This document shows positions 62,001-64,000 of a stretch of 64,000 nucleotides of DNA, piece by piece. Location: positions 402,504,001-402,568,000 of the forward strand of contig NW_027362767.1 in assembly GCF_046119375.1 (NCBI RefSeq). Reading direction: 5' to 3'. The number at the start of each line of letters is the position of its first letter. Position 1 is the stretch's first letter. The DNA comes from Phyllobates terribilis. Its lineage: Eukaryota. A model generated the notes under the pieces. That model was not told where the DNA came from. It did no database searches and was given only the letters and a program-made list of their open reading frames with translations. Made by a program: the position numbers and the translations under genes.

Positions 62001-64000
62001 TTGGTTACACAGGCTCTGCATCAAGTCAGACATGAACTGGGTCCCTCGGTCCGTGAGCATCTCCTGGGGGAAACCAACACGGGTGAAGATTTCCAGCAGG
62101 GCTTTGGCCACTACGTCTGCCCGGATGGAGGACAGCGCGACAGCTTCTGGGTACCTAGTAGCGTAGTCCACTACCGTTAGTATGTAGCGTTTCCCGGAGC
62201 TGCTGGGAATGGGCAGCGGCCCAATGAGGTCCACAGCAATCTGCTGGAAAGGCTCACCTATTATGGGCAGAGGTATCAATAGGGCTTTAGGGCCTGGCCC
62301 CGCCTTCCCCATCCTCTGACAGGTGACACACGAACGGCAGTAGGCAGCTACTGCTGTCCCCATCTTAGGCCAATAAAACAAGTGGGCTAGCCGAGCCTTG
62401 GTCTTAGCGACCCCTAGGTGACCAGCCAACGGAATCTCATGCGCGAGCCGTAACAACTCAGCCCGATACGGCTGAGGTACCACTAGGTGCCTCTCGCCGC
62501 GCCAACCTTCTTGTTCATCTGTGGGCAGTGTTTCCCTATACAGCCTCCCTTGGTCCCAGAACAAGCGGTCCTTATCTGTCTCCAAGGGGGGCTTACCTGC
62601 GCGTTCCTTCAAGGCTTCCAGGCTGCTGTCGGCTTGGACAGCCGCCTGGAACTCCTGGCTGGAGCCCGCTAACAGGGACCTGAAGGCCGCACTCTCGCCG
62701 GAACCCTCAGGGAACGGCGCTGGGAGGTTAACACCAGTGGGCCCAGTCCCAGAGCCAGGTGATGGGGTGGAGGAGTCAGGGTGCAAAGCGGCCTCTGCCT
62801 CCTGAGCCCTCCTGCTGCGGGTGACCACAGCAATGCCCGGGGTCTCCTCAGGGAGTCCCGGTCCCCTTCCCTCACCTGGATGGGTTGTGGGGTCACTGGG
62901 GGTTGCCCCAACATGTGATACACACTTGACAGGTTCACTAGGTTTTGAGCTGCTGGAGGGATCATGTGCAAGCTGACAGTTGAGTGGGGCAGGCAAGGCC
63001 CCCACCAGCTCCTCAGCCAAGCCAGAGAGTTCATTAGCACGACAATGAATTCCATTAGCATTTTCACTGAAAAGTTCAGAACTGGACATGTCAGCTGAGA
63101 GAGCAGGAAGGGGGGCTAAATCCCCCCCAGCTGCACTCCTGTCAGCTGGCACATCACTACAAGGATCAGCATGTACGGTACCACAAAGTATAATATCACT
63201 TACAGATACATTACCACGGGGCAGTGGGGTTGTTCTCTTCCCATACTGAGAGGTGAGAGACCCCAAGTCTGTCCCCAACAAGACATTAGCAGGGAGACAA
63301 GATGTAACCCCGACCTCTACCAGCCCCTTGTCCACACCCCAATCCAGATGCACACAAGCCATGGGTAGAGTTATCTTCTCCGTACCCACCCCACTGACGG
63401 TCAGCGTCTTTCCAGGGATGATACTCTCCGGGGGTACCAGTTCAGGCTGTACTAGGGTCACATCGGCCCCCGTGTGCCTTAGTCCCATAACCACTTTATT
63501 CCCCACAGTCACTTGCTGGAGATTGTCATTGGGCCTGGCCCCACCCCTCCCCACCACATAAACTGTTGGACCCGTTGCTGGGGTTTGGGAAGTAGGGGGG
63601 TTCCTCTTCTGGCTAGGGCAGTTCGCCATGTAATGACCCGGCTGATTGCAGGCATGACATCGAGGGGGTCCTCCCTGGGGCTTGGAAGGGGGAACAATGG
63701 GGCCCATAGGTTTTCGGGCGGGGGTAGTCTCAGGGGAAACTGCAGGGTTACCCGCAACAGGATTGGTCTTACCCCCCCTCCAGCTGGTGCTGACGGGTCT
63801 CCGCGACGTCCGGTTGGCGACGTACTCATCCGCTAGCTCCGCAGTAGTTCTGGCATCTTGGGGTTTCCGGTCCAGGACATATTGTTGTACTTCCTCCGAG
63901 CAAATGTTTAAGAATTGCTCTTTGAGGAACAGATCCAAGGTTGCTTCGTCGGGGTGGTCTATCTCTCCCTCTGCCCATCTGTGAAGCTGGACACTCATCT
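58907..64000 (-). mobile_element. Gmr1-like Ty3/Gypsy LTR retrotransposon (gag-SCAN, CCHC, PR, IN, RT, RH), 5' end outside the window
   Basis: 3' LTR 58907-59852 (TG...CA); PPT AAAAGGGGGAGG 59853-59864. ORF 60981-63998 contains EQFL (SCAN-like), CHACNQPGHYMANC, LRHTGAD and HHCC plus DDE integrase; YLDD RT and RNase H follow at 60010-61033. Confidence 0.93.

Noticed and set aside
60235-63984. Numerous + strand ORFs of 60-150 aa
   Set aside because: They are antisense shadows of the GC-rich Gmr1-like pol gene.

Overview
Vertebrate genomic DNA, most likely a frog (inferred from the repeat families: Kolobok/T2-type MITEs, a V-SINE-like element, Tc1 and L2). Two protein-coding genes are complete and convergent. 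PSMD8 (+ strand, 7 exons, 19422-30417, 273 aa) is the proteasome lid subunit Rpn12. A divergent gametogenetin GGN orthologue (- strand, coding exons 37048-34932 and 32752-32596, 757 aa) faces it, matching the mammalian PSMD8-GGN arrangement. A promoter-like island at about 42.0-43.1 kb may be the GGN/SPRED3 head-to-head promoter, but no SPRED3 coding exon is visible. The rest is transposon-dense: three DD38E (Intruder-type) Tc1 copies, one with an intact ORF and one with a 28-bp inversion over its start codon; DD34E Tc1 relics; a chromovirus Gypsy relic inside a multi-layer nested stack; solo LTRs; a Gmr1-like LTR element with SCAN-like gag and integrase before RT; L2 LINEs; and many MITEs. 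The most unusual non-genic signals are a cluster of minimal hammerhead-ribozyme motifs (45.4-45.7 kb) and a 1.3-kb G-rich minisatellite in PSMD8 intron 1. I found no clearly new biological system. There are two N gaps and no CRISPR, rRNA or tRNA genes. All homology calls come from recalled family motifs, not database searches.
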